From Candidatus Micrarchaeota archaeon (GTDB lineage: Archaea > Micrarchaeota > Micrarchaeia > Anstonellales > Bilamarchaeaceae): a stretch of DNA of 32,252 nucleotides. This document shows positions 8,681 to 16,389 of the stretch, piece after piece (the stretch's first letter is position 1; every line of letters begins with the position of its first letter). The notes beneath the pieces are model-generated. The model made no database searches, was not told the DNA's origin, and saw only the letters and a list, made by a program, of their open reading frames with translations. The stretch is from positions 1 to 32,252 of the forward strand of contig JBFMEZ010000028.1 in NCBI GenBank assembly GCA_040753215.1, written 5' to 3'. The position numbers were made by a program, and so were the translations under genes.

Positions 8681-9304
8681 ATGCATAACATAATTTGCCC
8701 CAAGTGTGGAGCCACAAGCGATAAGGTGCAGTTCATAGGGCCCTTCTGCATCAAGTGCTCGCCCATCCGGATAGAGTGCCCCAAGGAATTTTCCATAGAT
8801 GTATGCGCAAAGTGCGGAAGGATGCGCCTCGCCCGCGACTGGGTTCCCATCACCGACACCCTCCTCAACAGGCTCTTTTCCCGCAAATGCAGGGGAGACT
8901 TCAAAAAGGTGGAGTTCGACCCCTCCGGCACCGCCACCTTCTTCATAGAGAAGGAAGGAAACATCTTCCCCCTCCAGAGGCATTTCAAGTTCATCCAGAA
9001 CAAAATAATGTGCCCGGACTGCTCAAGGAAGGGCTCCGGCTATTTCGAGGCGATAATCCAGCTCCGCGGCTCCCCAGAAAGAATAGCAAAATACGAAAAG
9101 CTCCTAACATCCGGGCTCTCCAAAACCACCTTCATCGCAAAGACCGAGGACCTGAAGGAAGGAAAAGACATCTACGCAGGAAGCACAAAATCCGTCCTCG
9201 AGCTCTTTCACGGGCTGGGCCTCCGCACCCTCATCACAAGGAAGCTCAGCGGGCAGAAGCAGGGAAAGCGCCTCTACCGCACTACTTTCCTGCTCCGGCT
9301 CTGA
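8681..9304 (+). CDS. NMD3 family protein
   Basis: CPKC, CIKC, CAKC and CPDC zinc motifs, GYFEAIIQLR, C-terminal KLSG...LYRTTFLLR; start moved to MHNIICP (8681). Confidence 0.9.
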   Translation: MHNIICPKCGATSDKVQFIGPFCIKCSPIRIECPKEFSIDVCAKCGRMRLARDWVPITDTLLNRLFSRKCRGDFKKVEFDPSGTATFFIEKEGNIFPLQRHFKFIQNKIMCPDCSRKGSGYFEAIIQLRGSPERIAKYEKLLTSGLSKTTFIAKTEDLKEGKDIYAGSTKSVLELFHGLGLRTLITRKLSGQKQGKRLYRTTFLLRL

Positions 9305-10310
9305 CGAACCTATACCTTCCCGCCTCCCTCTTCTTCCCCAGCGCCCCTATCGCTTCCAGCGCATACTTATATCCCGGAATATTCACCGCTATAGTCTTGA
9401 ACCTCGCCACCAGCATGAATGCGGTCGCCTGCGCCGCAGGAACCCCCATCAGCCCCATCACCAGCGCCCCCCCAGTCTCGCTCAGCCCCATCCCCGCCAG
9501 AGTAGGCGTAGGTATGAACTCCAGCATCGTAACCAGCGGCTGGAAGAAATAGAAGAACAGCGCCTCATGCACCGGGAACTCTATTGAAATCCCCACGCTC
9601 TTCGCAACCGCCCACCAGGAAAACGCCTTCAGGCTCCATGTAACCAGCAAAAGCCCAAAAATCACAGGCGCCTTCCTTATCACCACATCCGAATGCTCCT
9701 GCATCCTGTGGCACATCTCCAGCAGCTCGCCAACCGCCGGCCATTTGAGCGCAAAATCAAATATCTTAAGGAATCTCTTTGAGAAAAGTAGCAATGCAAT
9801 GATCAAAACCATCGCCGAAATCCCCGCCACCCCCACATACATTATCCACCCGGTATCCGTCTTCAGCACTTCGCTCACCAGATAGAATACCGCAACTCCC
9901 CCCGCAAACACTTTAGTAATGAAATCAAACATCTGCGGCCCCAAGATTGAAACCATCGCCTTCTCGCTCGGCACATGGTATTTCTTGTTCATCACCAGCG
10001 CCGTAGCTATATACCCGCTCCGCGCCGGAGTGAAATCCGCTACCAGCATCCCGCTCACATGCGCCCTGAATATTTTCCAGAACCCAATCCCCGCCTTCAT
10101 CTCATCCAGCAGTATCTTTATCCTCAGCACCATCGCAAAATACATTATGATTAGAAGAATTACCGATAGCGCCAGCCACCACAGGTCTATTCTCTCCACG
10201 TACCCAATAAACTCTTCAAACCCCGCAAAATGCAGCAGCAGCCCTATTATTACTATAGATATTATGAGCTCCGCTATGAAATGCGCCCTATCCACAAGAA
10301 ATTTCTTCAA
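9282..10310 (-). CDS. Lysylphosphatidylglycerol synthase TM / flippase-like (UPF0104) membrane protein
   Basis: Multi-TM protein with FTPARSG and PTPTLAGMGLSE motifs. Confidence 0.8.
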   Translation of the reverse strand: MKKFLVDRAHFIAELIISIVIIGLLLHFAGFEEFIGYVERIDLWWLALSVILLIIMYFAMVLRIKILLDEMKAGIGFWKIFRAHVSGMLVADFTPARSGYIATALVMNKKYHVPSEKAMVSILGPQMFDFITKVFAGGVAVFYLVSEVLKTDTGWIMYVGVAGISAMVLIIALLLFSKRFLKIFDFALKWPAVGELLEMCHRMQEHSDVVIRKAPVIFGLLLVTWSLKAFSWWAVAKSVGISIEFPVHEALFFYFFQPLVTMLEFIPTPTLAGMGLSETGGALVMGLMGVPAAQATAFMLVARFKTIAVNIPGYKYALEAIGALGKKREAGRYRFVRAGAGK

Positions 10311-10409
10311 TAAGCCACCCTATCCCTTTCTTTACGAACGCGGGGTTAAAAATGCTTTCCGGCGTCCGGACTCCGCTAGCTTCTTTAATTTTTCCCGGAT
10401 AACAGCAGC

Positions 10410-11741
10410 ATGGCCGTATCTGTGGAAACAGCGTTCCTCATCTTCGGGGGCATAATCTTCATAGGCTACCTCGGCGACCTCCTCTCAAAAAGGTTCGCGG
10501 TCCCCAACGTGCTCCTTCTCCTCGCAATCGGCTACCTCCTCAGGCTCAGCGGGTACGCGGACGCCCCCTCCCTCTCCGGCATCCAGGGTCTTTTCGGCTC
10601 GCTCGCGCTCGTGATGCTGCTCTTCGATGGCGGCCTCTCGCTCAACATCTACAACGTGCTGCTCAAGGGAGGAAGGGTTCTCCTCAATTCAGCGCTCATA
10701 ACTCTGCTGGGCATACTGGGCTCGGCCCTTTTCTTCCTCATCCTCGGCTTCGACCCGCTCATAGGCGCCATACTCGGGGCAGTTGCCGGCGGAATCGGCT
10801 CCACCACAACCATCTCCCTCATACGCAGCCTCCCTCTTCCCGGATCCATACGCACCTTCCTCACCCTCGAATCCTCCATAACCGACATATTCTCCATAAT
10901 ACTCGCGCTCGTCCTCACGCAGGCGCTCGTCTCCGGCTCCCTGAACCTCCTCACCGTGGGGCAGGGCATAGCCGCAAAATTCTCCGTGGGCATAATCTCC
11001 GGCTTCATCGCCGGCCTCCTTTCCCTCGCAGCCCTCTCCAGGATAGAAAAGGGATACAACTACATGATAACCTTCGCCATCGTGCTCATGCTGTACTCCA
11101 TGACCGAGTTCCTGAACGGCAGCGGCGCGATAGCCGTGCTCATGTTCGGCATCGTGTTTGGCAACGAAGTCGCCATAAAGAGGCTGTTCCGCATGGGCCA
11201 CGAGGAGCACCGTCCCTTGGTGATGCAGTTCCAGACCGAAATCTCCTTTTTCATACGCACGTTCTTCTTCGTGTTCCTCGGCATCGTGGTTGGCCTCGGC
11301 AGCCTCGCGAATTTCCTCATCGGGGCAGGGTACATGCTCTTCCTCTGCCTCATCAGGCACCTTTCCCTCTCCTTCTCCATGCGCGGGGACGAGGAGCTCT
11401 CCGCCTACAAAAGCCTGCTCACTGCGGTGAACCCGCGCGGGCTCGCCACCGCGGTGCTCGCCACCTACCCGCTCCTGGTGGTGCAGGATGCGCTCGCCTC
11501 TGCCCCCGATGCCCGCCTTTCCCTTCTCCTGCCCCAGCTCGCCAGCCTCCCCGAAATATCCTTCTATGTGATAGTGCTCAGCGTAATCCTCACTACCGTG
11601 CTCGTGCCCCTTGCGATGCGGAAAAACCACAAGAAGGAGGAAAGCCTTGACGAGATGCAGGCGGAGGCGGAAAATGAGGAAGAATCAGAGCAACAGGAAG
11701 AAGAGAAAGAGGAACAGCAGCCTCCGGAAACCTGGAAATAG
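10410..11741 (+). CDS. Cation:proton antiporter (CPA1, NhaP-like)
   Basis: LLFDGGL, LESSITD, FFFVFLG and PRGLATAVLA motifs; about 12 TM helices; acidic tail. Confidence 0.9.
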   Translation: MAVSVETAFLIFGGIIFIGYLGDLLSKRFAVPNVLLLLAIGYLLRLSGYADAPSLSGIQGLFGSLALVMLLFDGGLSLNIYNVLLKGGRVLLNSALITLLGILGSALFFLILGFDPLIGAILGAVAGGIGSTTTISLIRSLPLPGSIRTFLTLESSITDIFSIILALVLTQALVSGSLNLLTVGQGIAAKFSVGIISGFIAGLLSLAALSRIEKGYNYMITFAIVLMLYSMTEFLNGSGAIAVLMFGIVFGNEVAIKRLFRMGHEEHRPLVMQFQTEISFFIRTFFFVFLGIVVGLGSLANFLIGAGYMLFLCLIRHLSLSFSMRGDEELSAYKSLLTAVNPRGLATAVLATYPLLVVQDALASAPDARLSLLLPQLASLPEISFYVIVLSVILTTVLVPLAMRKNHKKEESLDEMQAEAENEEESEQQEEEKEEQQPPETWK

Positions 11742-11743
11742 AG

Positions 11744-11769
11744 GGCCACGACCGAGATTCGAACTCGGG
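11744..11769 (-). repeat. 26-bp duplicate of the tRNA-His 3' end (att-like direct repeat)
   Basis: GGCCACGACCGAGATTCGAACTCGGG is identical at 11744-11769 and 12623-12648. Confidence 0.95.
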
Positions 11770-11874
11770 ATAATTGCAATTTTGCCAATCTCAGTAATCG
11801 TTTATTAACTCTCTTTTATAGGAAAGATTGCCTTAGGAATAGGTTTTAATACTGATAATAATACTACTAATAAC

Positions 11875-11947
11875 GTAGTGCGCAGATCCCGCGAGTAGGC
11901 TTGCACAACGCCTGGCGCGTTGGACGAAATAGGCGGGGGAGCACTAC
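11875..11947 (+). ncRNA. Candidate structured ncRNA adjacent to the DUF3800 gene (strand uncertain)
   Basis: GC-rich 73-nt segment in AT-rich context; closing stem GTAGTGC/GCACTAC; inner TCCCGC/GCGGGG and CAACGC/GCGTTG (or AGGC/GCCT) stems; TATA-like TTTTAATA ~25 nt upstream on the + strand. Confidence 0.55.
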
Positions 11948-11952
11948 AATGC

Positions 11953-12597
11953 TCATTTTAGCTTTTCAGCCTTGTAAGTGTCCATGTCGGGTATCGTTAT
12001 CTGGAACACTTTCGAGGGCTCCACCTCAAACAAATCAGATTTCTTCATCAATTTTGCCCTGAACGCGCCAGCCAGCAGGTCTGCAACTTGTATTCCGCGT
12101 TCGCTTGAGGAACTGGAAGCCCTGACCTCGATTCCTTTCTTAGTACCCAAATGGATCCTGAGCTCTGCTTTTATGGCTTCCTGGAATTTCTTGGACAGTT
12201 TCTTGTCCATGATTATCTCGATTGAGTCAAATCCCCTCAACTCGTTCGCATCAAGGCTGGATAACAGGTAATGTATTGTCTGCTTTTGTATGACTCCCTC
12301 ATGGTGCCCATCCACCATCGCCCTGTGCGCCCTTTCCAGGTCGATGAAGCAGAGATAATAATTTCTGTATCTCCTGTTCAGGATGCTTACTGCAACTTCT
12401 TTCTGGAGCGGTTCAAGGGAATAGTACTTCACTTCCCTACTCTTGATAGGTTTTCCCTTCTTCTGGCAGGTATCCTTTATCTCAAAAATCAAATCCTCCG
12501 CAAACCTGCGGTTTTTCATCAGTGCAAAAGCAATCACGAAATATTTCTGCTTGCTTTCGATGTGCGTAAGCCCGGATTCGTCTATGAAAATGAACAT
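11953..12597 (-). CDS. DUF3800 family protein (predicted RNase H-like fold)
   Basis: N-terminal FIDESG, EVKY, IIMD and C-terminal GIQVADLLAG motifs. Confidence 0.88.
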   Translation of the reverse strand: MFIFIDESGLTHIESKQKYFVIAFALMKNRRFAEDLIFEIKDTCQKKGKPIKSREVKYYSLEPLQKEVAVSILNRRYRNYYLCFIDLERAHRAMVDGHHEGVIQKQTIHYLLSSLDANELRGFDSIEIIMDKKLSKKFQEAIKAELRIHLGTKKGIEVRASSSSSERGIQVADLLAGAFRAKLMKKSDLFEVEPSKVFQITIPDMDTYKAEKLK

Positions 12598-12622
12598 CGC
12601 AATCCGCCCGCCTTTCTTCTAA

Positions 12623-12694
12623 GGCCACGACCGAGATTCGAACTCGGGCTAAAGGCTCCACAGGCCTCTGTGCTGCCGCTACACCATCGTGGCC
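12623..12694 (-). tRNA. tRNA-His(GUG), G-1 genomically encoded
   Basis: Reverse complement G-GCCACGA...TCGTGGC-C; anticodon arm GAGGC-CTGTGGA-GCCTT; T-loop GTTCGAAT. Confidence 0.97.
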
Positions 12695-12767
12695 AAGAAA
12701 ATAGATAGACGCAGGAATCCTTTTTATTACTTCCTAGGTTCCCAGTTGCGTTTCCAGTTTCCGGCAC

Positions 12768-13664
12768 TTATCCTTTTGCCAATTTCTTCTGCAATTCTTT
12801 TTCCAGATGCTTCCCTTCCCCATGCACAAAGTCCACCCTCTTCGGATTCACTTCCCCCATATATTCCACAATATCATAGAAATCCGAGTGGTCGCTCAGT
12901 GGAAATGCCGCATCTACATTATGCCTCATGCTCATCACCCACCCCGTAGCCACCGCGCACAATGCCCTCCTCCCAAACGCATTTGATAATTTGTGCGCAA
13001 ACCCCCTGTTCGCCAATCTCGGAGGCACAACCGCCGCAAACCCGCCGCGCATAATCTCCTCCGCCTCCGGGCTCCCGACTATCGCCCTCTCTAATTTTAC
13101 TCCATAATCTTCATACACAGTTGAGAACATCTCGCTCTCCGGCATCACAATAGGAACAATAGAGGAATATGAATTCAGCACCCGTATAATCTCCTGCGCC
13201 TTCCCCAGATTATACGCTCCGATAAGCAAAATGCTCCCTGAATTCTCCTTCACCCACTTCGCAATCTGCCCATAAACCTCAAACGGGTCCGGAAACCTGA
13301 ACCGCGGGTCCCCATATGTGCATTCCACCACTAATCTATCCGCATTCTTCGCCTTCGCCCCCTTCCCGAAAATCCCATCTTTTACTCTAAAATCCCCAGT
13401 ATAAAGGACGCTCTCCCCATCCAGCTCCGCATACATCTGCCTGGAGCCAAGTATATGCCCCGCATCCAGCATCTGTATCCAGTTTTCGGTTTCCGGTTTC
13501 CCGTTTTCCAAAAAACCCGCAAGCGCAAGCGTCTCCTCGCTCGCAATTATCCTTTCCCTCCCCCTAAAACCAGAAACATGGTCCCTGTGGGCATGGGAAA
13601 GGAATGAGATATCTCCCGAATTACAATCCAATCCAATGCTCTTTCCGCCCACGGTCACCTGCAT
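12768..13664 (-). CDS. MBL-fold beta-CASP family nuclease
   Basis: SHAHRDH, AGHILGS, YTGD, ECTYG, LGKAQE and LSDHSD motifs. Confidence 0.88.
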   Translation of the reverse strand: MQVTVGGKSIGLDCNSGDISFLSHAHRDHVSGFRGRERIIASEETLALAGFLENGKPETENWIQMLDAGHILGSRQMYAELDGESVLYTGDFRVKDGIFGKGAKAKNADRLVVECTYGDPRFRFPDPFEVYGQIAKWVKENSGSILLIGAYNLGKAQEIIRVLNSYSSIVPIVMPESEMFSTVYEDYGVKLERAIVGSPEAEEIMRGGFAAVVPPRLANRGFAHKLSNAFGRRALCAVATGWVMSMRHNVDAAFPLSDHSDFYDIVEYMGEVNPKRVDFVHGEGKHLEKELQKKLAKG

Positions 13665-13775
13665 GGCCGGATTAAGCAGATAAGGTATTTATCCGTATCT
13701 TTTGCATGATATCCGCCCGTTCGGCATATTTCGTTACTATTGAAATTTCAATCATATGATTGATTTTTCAATCAT

Positions 13776-14525
13776 TCATCTCTCTTCCGGAAGCCTATCC
13801 CACATAAACTTGAACCATTTCTTATACCCCTCCGCCAATCTCCTGCTCCTCATTACAAACTGCACCGGCTCCTCAGGCAATTGTCCCGGTGAAACCCCCA
13901 CAAAGCTCACTACCCTGTCCCCAAAAATATCCACTGCAGTCGGGCTTGAGTACTCCGGAGGAAAGAACTTATACGGCTTCCCCACCAGTTTGAGAATCTC
14001 CGGCTTCTCCTTCTTCACTTCCCAGTCAAATATATGCATAAATTTGATCCCCTTCCCCTTCCTCTCCTGATCGAACTTCACCAGAAAATGCTGCAATCTC
14101 GGGTCCAGCCAGAACGCCTTCGCCCCTATGAAATAGACCGTTTCCCCGGTCTCCAGTATATCCTTCAGATACTGCTTGAACCCATTGATTCCCTTATAGA
14201 TGTATGCAGTCTCTTCTGCCTCAACTTTGGAAAACCTCCTCTCCAGCTCCGGAAGCGCCGCCTGCACCTTCCTCGCCTTCTCATCCACCAAATCCAATAA
14301 TTTTGAGGGATGCATCGCCCTGTATTCCTTCCTGTTCTGCACAAAAAGCTCCGCAACCAGCCCCTTCTCCAGAAGCTTCCCCAGCACATCATATACATTC
14401 CGCCTGTGCACCTTTGATTTCACCGTAATCTGCTCTATGGATGCGCTTCCAATTGAAAGGAGCGCCTCATACACCCTGGCCTCGTTCAGCCCCAACCCGA
14501 GTTCCCCCAAAACCTCTTCGTACAT
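13776..14525 (-). CDS. TrmB family transcriptional regulator
   Basis: LGLGLNEARVYEALL...HRRNVYDVLGKLLEKGLV wHTH plus TrmB-type C-terminal domain; start moved to MYEEV (14525). Confidence 0.88.
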   Translation of the reverse strand: MYEEVLGELGLGLNEARVYEALLSIGSASIEQITVKSKVHRRNVYDVLGKLLEKGLVAELFVQNRKEYRAMHPSKLLDLVDEKARKVQAALPELERRFSKVEAEETAYIYKGINGFKQYLKDILETGETVYFIGAKAFWLDPRLQHFLVKFDQERKGKGIKFMHIFDWEVKKEKPEILKLVGKPYKFFPPEYSSPTAVDIFGDRVVSFVGVSPGQLPEEPVQFVMRSRRLAEGYKKWFKFMWDRLPEER

Positions 14526-14543
14526 TTTTGCTTTCCTCTTTTT

Positions 14544-14647
14544 GTAAACCTCCACGGCCTAAAGGCCGTAGTCCCGACTTCTGCAGAGGGCATAGGTCTT
14601 TCCGACGCCTTTAGAGGGAGCTTCGGCTCCCGAGCCGTGGAGGTTTA
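14544..14647 (-). mobile_element. IS200/IS605-derived palindromic mini-element or structured 5' leader
   Basis: 14-bp terminal IR (14545-14558/14634-14647); 8-bp inner stem (14559-14566/14607-14614); GGGAGC-TTCG-GCTCCC hairpin; the minus strand ends GGCCTTTAGGCCGTGGAGGTTTAC. Confidence 0.6.
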
Positions 14648-14678
14648 TGGTGATATTTATCACCACTTATATTTAAAT
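14648..14678. promoter_or_regulatory. Palindromic operator TGGTGATA-TT-TATCACCA adjoining a bidirectional TATA-like element
   Basis: Perfect 8-bp arms at 14648-14665; TTATATTTAAAT at 14667-14678 lies between divergent trmB and the ORF at 14718. Confidence 0.55.
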
Positions 14679-14717
14679 CTATCTTAATCGTTATAGAAGC
14701 AGGAAAAAGGTGATGAT

Positions 14718-15548
14718 ATGGAAATGAAACAAACCCCAAAAATTGTAGTCGGCCCTGAGAAGGCCCGAAGAGCATTCCAGAGGGGTTTGGACTGCAGGAA
14801 AAACCTTGAGGAAAGGATGAAAAGGTCCTACGAAAAGAATAAGGATCCATTGGGCGGGCACAGCAACGACCAGCTGAAAGCAATGATGGAATCCTGCCGG
14901 ACCACCCTGAAGTTATTCTGGGAGCAGAGAATCGCATCCGCACCATCGCCGCTGTTCGCGAATCCATACAAATGGTCCGACGACTACTATTTAGGAGCCA
15001 TCGGCTTCGGTTCAGCAACTGCATTCTTTCCCGGTCCGAGAATGTTTGATTGCCTGATTGCGCTTTCAGAGCCGGAAATGAGCCGGGAAAATTATTTCGC
15101 AAGAAAGGACTATCTCGTGTTTGCGTGCTATGATTGGCAGCATAGCCATGCGGATACCGCCTACCTGATTGAGGTCCTCCATCCCGAAGCCATAGGCCGG
15201 CTGGCGCGCGCTCTTGACGGCCACATGTTTTGCCTCATGCTCCGCGATATTGACGCATATTCCGGGATGGTTTGGGAAAGATTTCCGTGCCAGCAGGAAG
15301 AGACAAAGAAGAATTTGCTGGAAAAGGTGGCCGCTGCAGTTCCGATGGAGCCATTCTTCAATAGGCAGCTTGCAGTTGATGACCTTGCGAAGGATGCGGT
15401 GAGGATACTCAGGAAGGGCGGGGAAAAGGCAAACGCGGTTGCAGATATGATAGTGCGATGGATGGAGCATATCCGCAGCGAATTGGAAGGGATGCTCCGG
15501 GAAATCCGGCAGAAGGAAGGTTCGGCAAAGTCAGCCATGGGGCGATAA
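14718..15548 (+). CDS. Hypothetical protein
   Basis: 276-aa ORF with AGGTGA SD; first of three tightly packed genes; no recognised motif. Confidence 0.7.
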   Translation: MEMKQTPKIVVGPEKARRAFQRGLDCRKNLEERMKRSYEKNKDPLGGHSNDQLKAMMESCRTTLKLFWEQRIASAPSPLFANPYKWSDDYYLGAIGFGSATAFFPGPRMFDCLIALSEPEMSRENYFARKDYLVFACYDWQHSHADTAYLIEVLHPEAIGRLARALDGHMFCLMLRDIDAYSGMVWERFPCQQEETKKNLLEKVAAAVPMEPFFNRQLAVDDLAKDAVRILRKGGEKANAVADMIVRWMEHIRSELEGMLREIRQKEGSAKSAMGR

Positions 15549-15549
15549 T

Positions 15550-16389
15550 ATGAAAACAATGGAAACAAGAACAGCCATACAAGATCGAACGCACGCAGGA
15601 GCGGCCCTTGGGCTTGCAAGGGAGGTCTGCTCATCCGCATGTGCCAGGTACCTGGGTACAGGAAATCAAAGGCCCGGGCCAAAACCCAAATTTTTTACGG
15701 AATTGGGGCCCCTCGTTGAGGTGGTGCAGCCCTTGGGGGGCTTGCGGAACGGCATGGAAAAAACCACTGAAGGGGTGCACATCTGCGAGTGGAACGGGAT
15801 AAATGTGCAGGGTGTCGGCTCCAATAATATCTACCTATCCAACGCACCCTTTACGGTTCAAGCGGTAATACACTACCTCCTGAGGAAGAAAGAATACTTG
15901 GGGGATGTGGCAGAGGAAGACCCGTTCAAAGATGTGCCGGAAGACAAAAGGGTGATACTGCCGTTGCATTTTCATAGGAGTGCCATACATTTATATGGCG
16001 GGGTACTTTGCCAGGACATAGTGCGCCAATTCGAAGCAGTACTGTGGCCAGAAACATTGCAGCAGGATTCGCCCATAGAGATGCTGACAGCGCCTCCGGT
16101 AGATTATAAGACCGTGGACATTTCCAGAAGGCTGGCAATGCTCTCAGACAGCGACTCGCAGTATCCTCATCAGCTATCTCCATTTGCTTGCGAACAAAGG
16201 GCCTTCTTCAGGTTCGAACCGAGGCCTGACGCCTTACACCCGCCGTCGGCTCTCGATGCTGTTGTGCTGTGCCCTCTTCTGCATCTGGAAGCCCTTGCGT
16301 TAGAATCTAGAATATTCCTTGACCTGCTTGCAGAATTCAGGGCGATGCTTGAATCAGCGATTAGGCATTTTGGAGGGGGGGCAACATGA
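15550..16389 (+). CDS. Hypothetical protein
   Basis: 279-aa ORF starting 1 nt after the previous stop; ATGA overlap with the next gene. Confidence 0.65.
   Translation: MKTMETRTAIQDRTHAGAALGLAREVCSSACARYLGTGNQRPGPKPKFFTELGPLVEVVQPLGGLRNGMEKTTEGVHICEWNGINVQGVGSNNIYLSNAPFTVQAVIHYLLRKKEYLGDVAEEDPFKDVPEDKRVILPLHFHRSAIHLYGGVLCQDIVRQFEAVLWPETLQQDSPIEMLTAPPVDYKTVDISRRLAMLSDSDSQYPHQLSPFACEQRAFFRFEPRPDALHPPSALDAVVLCPLLHLEALALESRIFLDLLAEFRAMLESAIRHFGGGAT

Larger units (their letters stand above)
11770..12622. mobile_element. Mini genomic island at tRNA-His (DUF3800 gene + candidate ncRNA, no integrase)
   Basis: Bounded by tRNA-His and the 26-bp copy of its 3' end; AT-rich left part. Confidence 0.75.

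Noticed and set aside
8629..9003. N-terminal extension of the pcm ORF (and similar extensions of the mtnP, Fic, DUF2070, NMD3, flavodoxin and DUF488 ORFs)
   Set aside because: The extensions overlap divergent genes or promoters; family homology starts at downstream start codons.
11630..11741. Glu/Gln-rich tail of the antiporter as a repeat element
   Set aside because: Ordinary low-complexity acidic C-terminus.
11744..11769. Second tRNA-His gene or split-tRNA half
   Set aside because: It covers only the T-arm and acceptor 3' strand; an intact tRNA-His is present nearby, and no complementary leader for trans-splicing is seen. Best read as an att-type duplication.
11875..11947. Hammerhead ribozyme (a GAAA is present)
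   Set aside because: No CUGANGA core on either strand.
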